A stretch of 64,000 nucleotides of DNA, from contig NC_083238.1 of assembly GCF_032191835.1 (NCBI RefSeq), positions 49,910,001-49,974,000 of the forward strand, in the 5' to 3' direction. The position numbers and the translations under genes were made by a program. The DNA is from Heteronotia binoei (lineage: Eukaryota). The notes beneath the pieces were generated by a model that had not been told where the DNA came from, did not search any database, and saw nothing but the letters and a program-made list of their open reading frames with translations. Shown here one piece after another: positions 59,601 through 64,000 of the stretch (position 1 is its first letter; every line of letters begins with the position of its first letter).

Positions 59601-61209
59601 TGGCTGTGGGGTGGGCTTTGTGTCCTGGCAAAGGCTTCTGTCGGCTGCCTGTTCATTTTGGCCTTTAAAAACAAACAAACACCTGACTATGTTCTAAGAT
59701 TCAGAAATGGCTGCCACGTCACAGCTGACATATGGCGATCCCCTCGTGGTGAGAGACATTGAGAGGCGGTTTGCCATTGCCTGCCTCTGTGGCACAGCCC
59801 TGGGCTTCCTTTAGGGTTGCCAAGTCCAATTCAAGAAATATCTGGGGGCTTTGGGGGTGGAGCCAGGAGACTTTGGGGGTGGAGCCAAGAGCAAGGTTGT
59901 GACCAGCATAATTGAACTCCAAAGGGAGTTCTGGTCATCCCATTTAAAGGCACCGCACACCTTTTAAATGCCTTCCCTCCATTGGGGCTGAAAGAGCTCT
60001 CCCAGTACTGCATTTGAGCAGAACAGCTTTTGAGAGAGTTTTGACTGTCTGGCGGTCACTCCAGCGGGTGCATGTGGAGGAGTGGGGAATCAAACCCAAT
60101 TCTCCCAGATAAGAGTCTGTGCACTTAGCTGTGACACCAAACTGGCTCTCTGGAAGGGCACTGAGGTGTAGCTAATGATGGAAGTTATAACTATGCTACG
60201 TACAAATAGGACTACCAAGTCCAGGTTGAGAAATTCCTGTCGATTTGGGAGTGGAGTTTGGGGTGGGGAGAATTGGGAGAGGGGAGAGGCCTCGGCAGCG
60301 TATAATGACGTACAGCCAGTTTGGTGTAGTGGTTAAGTGTGTGGACTCTTATGTGGGAGAACCAGATTTGATTCCCCACTCCTCCACTTACAACTGCTGG
60401 AATGGCCTTGGGTCAGCCATAGCTCTCGCAGAGCTGTCCTTGAAAGGGCAGCTTCTCGGCGAGCTCTCTCAGCCTCACCTACCTCACATGGTGACTGTTG
60501 TGGGGGAGGAAGGTAAAGGATATTGTAAGTCACTCTGAGATTCAGAGTATAGGGTGAGGTATATATCGAATATCATCATCTTCTTCTTCATCATCATCCC
60601 AAAAGAGCCTTTTCCTCCTGTGGAACTGATCTCTGTAGTCTGGAGGTCAGTTGTTAATTCCAGGAGATCTCCAGACCTCACCTGGAGGTTAGCAACCCTA
60701 CATATGAACAATGTCGGAAACCACAGCTTCATAATAGATAGAGTGGGTCGGCCGTTTCCTGTTTCAGGTGTCTGTTTAAAAATGGTACCTTGGTGTCTTT
60801 AAAAACCCCCTTCAAAACGAGCAGTTAAAAATGCCACCTTGAGAAAAAGTTGAAATACACAATTTGGGGTTTCTTAGCACTTGCCTTTCTTTGTGGGTTC
60901 ACCAGAGAGCAGTGTAACTGCTGCCTTGCAAAGAGCTTCCTTAGAACTAAGGTTTTAGCTTTTGCTTGACTCTTGTTTTTTTGCCACCCAGTGGCCGATT
61001 GGGGGACTACACAACACAACACAAAAAGTTCTTTTTTCCAGATCAAAGAATATGCTATTGGTAGTATACGAATATTACTGCTTTGTTTTGTGCAGTGTAA
61101 TGGTCTCCATTTATTAATTTGTGTGTGTAAGCAATAGTATGTGCAGATTTATATAGTCTCCGAATGCACAATAATTACTCTGGCCAGCTGCTGTATACTC
61201 AAGAGCCAG

Positions 61210-61440
61210 TGGAATCATAGAATCATAGAGTTGGAAGGGAACTCCAGGGTCATCTAGTCCAACTCCCTGCACAAGGCAGGAAACTCACAAATAACTCCCC
61301 CCCTATACATCCCCAGTGACCCCCTGCTCCATGCCCAGAAGATGGCAAAAAAACCCTCCAGAATCCCTGGCCGAACTGACCTAAAGAAAAACTGCTTCCT
61401 GAACCCAAAGTGACAGTCAGCATTTCTCTGTAGGTGTAAG
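61210..61440 (-). mobile_element. CR1 3' fragment with an (ATTCTATG)n tail
   Basis: AATCATAGAATCATAGAGTTGGAAGGG..GGTCATCTAGTCCAAC. A further CR1 RT fragment lies at about 63850-63935 (+). Confidence 0.7.
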
Positions 61441-64000
61441 AAAGAGAACTTTGGAATGCTACCTTTTGAAACAAATTCAGGAGCATTGTGTTGTCAGTTC
61501 TATGTTGGGCAATTCCTGGAGATCTGGAGGGTGGGTAGGGCTTGAAGAAGAAGAAGATATTGGATTTATATCCCACCCTCCACTCCGAAGAGTCTCAGAG
61601 TGGCTCACAATTTCCTTTACCTTCCTCCCCCACAACAGACACCCTGTGAGGTGGGTGGGGCTGAGAGGGCTCTCCCAGCAGATGCCCTTTCAAGGACAAC
61701 CTCTGCCAGAGCTATGGCTGACCTAAGGCCATGCTAGCAGGTGGAAGTGGAGGAGTGGGGAATCAAACCCGGTTCTCCCAGATAAGAGTCCGCACATTTA
61801 ACCACTACACCAAACTGGCTCTCCACTGGGGAGGGGAGGACCTTGGTGGAATATAATGTCATAGAGTCTGCCCTCCAAAGCAGCCATTTTCTCCAGGGGA
61901 AATGGGCTCTGTAGCCTGGAAATCAATTGTAGTTCTAGGACAGGGGTGGGGAACTTCTGTCCCGAGGGCCATATATGGCCCTCGAGGTCACTTGGTGTGG
62001 CCCTCAAGGATTGCTGGACTGAACCAAGTCATGTGGCAGCCCCTCTGGGGCCTGGCTGGCCAGTGAGGATCGTGGAGCCCAGCTGCCCTGTGTGGCTGCC
62101 TCCCCAGGGCCAGGCAGGGATCACAGGGCCCAGTTGTACTGTGCGGCAGCCTCCCTGAGGCCTGGCTGGCCAGCCAGAATTGCTACAGGGCCTGGAAAAG
62201 TTACTGTCACAGTTCAGTTTGCACTTGATTATCCCAGATGGTGTGGCCTCGTAAGCTAATGAGTGTGTGATCTAATATGCTAATATTACGGGATGTGGTC
62301 TAATATGCTACTGAGTTCCTGCTGGGCTTTTTCTACAAAAAAGCCCTGGACCTATGCATTTGCCTAGGGCAGTAGGCTGTGTGTGTTTGTGTGCGCGCCA
62401 GATTAGGCTGTCCCCGCATGACTTCAAATAGAAAAACAATTTTTTGCATTAATTTTGCTGGCCTGAATCATTCTCCCTCGGCGAAGCACTATTTTTAAAG
62501 TTTTTTATGGCCCGCGAGTGATGTTATAAATATTCATATGGTCCTTGGCAGAAAAAAGGTTCCCCACCCCTGTTCTAGAACAAGGGTGTCAAATATGCAG
62601 CCTGAGAGCCAGATCAGGCCCCCGAAGAGCTTCTATCAGGTCCACAAGCAACTCAATGTCATCACCTTACTTCTCGCTTGCTTCCTTCTGCATCACAGCT
62701 TGCTTTGCCAGGCTTTCTCAGTTGCACAGGAGCTACACAGCAAAGTCTTTATTTTCTCCATTGGCTGACCATTGCATGAAGAAACTTATGTACAAAAGCT
62801 CACAATGCCCAGCCACTTCATGTTTTCCCCAGGTCAGGCTCAAAGCATTGACCACGAAATTGCTGTAATCAAAAGTAGGTTTGCAACTTACAGGCACACA
62901 CCTGAACAACGCCTGAACAACGCCTGAACAGCATACTCAAGATTGCTACAGCACAGACAATGTCTCCAGATTTTGATGCAATAATTCAGAGCAAGAGGTA
63001 TTAGTTATCAGAAACTGTTAAATAAACAAAATAAACTCAAGAGTGCTAATCTTGTAAGCATGTTTTAAGTTTTTTAAAGAATCTTTAATTGTGTTTGTCT
63101 GTGTCCTTTATAAAGTTTACAGTATATCTCCACCACCTGGGATTGCATTTTATGACACACATGGCCTGGCCTGACATTTATGTCAGATCCGGCCCTCATA
63201 ACAAATTAGTTTGACACCCCTGTTCTAGGAGGTCTCCAGGCAATACCTAGAGGTTAGCAATCCTTTTTTTGTGTGTGTGGGGGGGTGGCTTTTAAAATGG
63301 TAGCTGGCCCCCTGCTTGAAGGTGATGTCAACTGCAAGATCAGCCGCTCTGAGTGAAAAACGACAGTCTGGTTCTAAAACAAGCAAGGAAAGATCGCATA
63401 CAACTCGGAGACACAGATGAGGTTAAACTCTCCTGGGTGGCCAGATGCACTTATTGAGCTCGTTTTGGCACTGGTGACGTGTGGGATGTATGCCAATTAA
63501 TTAGGCTAAGAGCGCAGTAGAAAATTGCCCAATGAGCTTTGCGGCCGGTTGACTGGCACAAAAAGAAGGATTGTGTCAGCTGGTGGTTTGGAGCCAGAAT
63601 CAGGGGTCATGTCCCATCCAGGACTTGTGCTGTATCCTTGCATACAGAGATGGATCCTGGTGAGGGGGTGGGTGTTTTGCTCGTACCTGTAAAAACCTGC
63701 AGTGATCCCAAGGAAATGGCTTTCTCCATACCTAAAATAATTTCCATTTAGACTCAAGGGCTTGCCCCAGATTGTCACCCGTTTTTGAAAATGTCCAACG
63801 AAGAATGTTTAGCCAATTGTTTATGCCCGCTTCTTTGTGTCCTCCAAGGGGTATTTAAGGCATCTATGAAGAAAGGTTAAAGAGGTTAGGGCTCGTTAGC
63901 TTGGAGAAATGATGACTGTGTGGTGACATGATAATAGGGTTGCCATGCTTCTGCCAGGGGTGGGCGATCACCTGGTCTGGAGGGTCCCAACCCACTGGCA

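Noticed and set aside
49820-64000. FTCDNL1 exons expected from human synteny
   Set aside because: No FTCDNL1-like peptide was found in the provided ORFs or by reading; the gene probably lies beyond the window.

Overview
Vertebrate genomic DNA, most likely a gecko (inferred from the squamate SINE, CR1 and MITE content), syntenic with human 2q33.1. It contains MAIP1 (minus strand, coding exons 1-3; the remaining exons lie left of the window), the complete 8-exon TYW5 (plus strand, 331 aa) and the complete 2-exon C2orf69 (minus strand, 396 aa). The main novelty is an intact, intronless 430-aa SEPTIN7-derived retrogene (44011-45303) whose ATG is about 340 bp head-to-head from that of C2orf69, across a shared CpG island with an NRF1 palindrome. 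It keeps the G1/G3/G4 motifs but has altered G-interface histidines, a remodelled coiled coil and a 7-aa microexon-like insert. Other notable items are a TSD-flanked ORF1-only L1 (HAL1-like) and a candidate type I hammerhead ribozyme in MAIP1 intron 1, and a full-length 3.2-kb OC1/Charlie-type hAT transposon with a perfect 8-bp TSD. There are also tandem arrays built from CR1 and SINE 3' ends, a G-rich ~175-bp minisatellite next to C2orf69 exon 1, and a MAIP1/TYW5 divergent promoter split by TE insertions. No coding exons were recognised in 49.8-64 kb. Comparisons to human proteins and repeat families are from memory, not from database searches.
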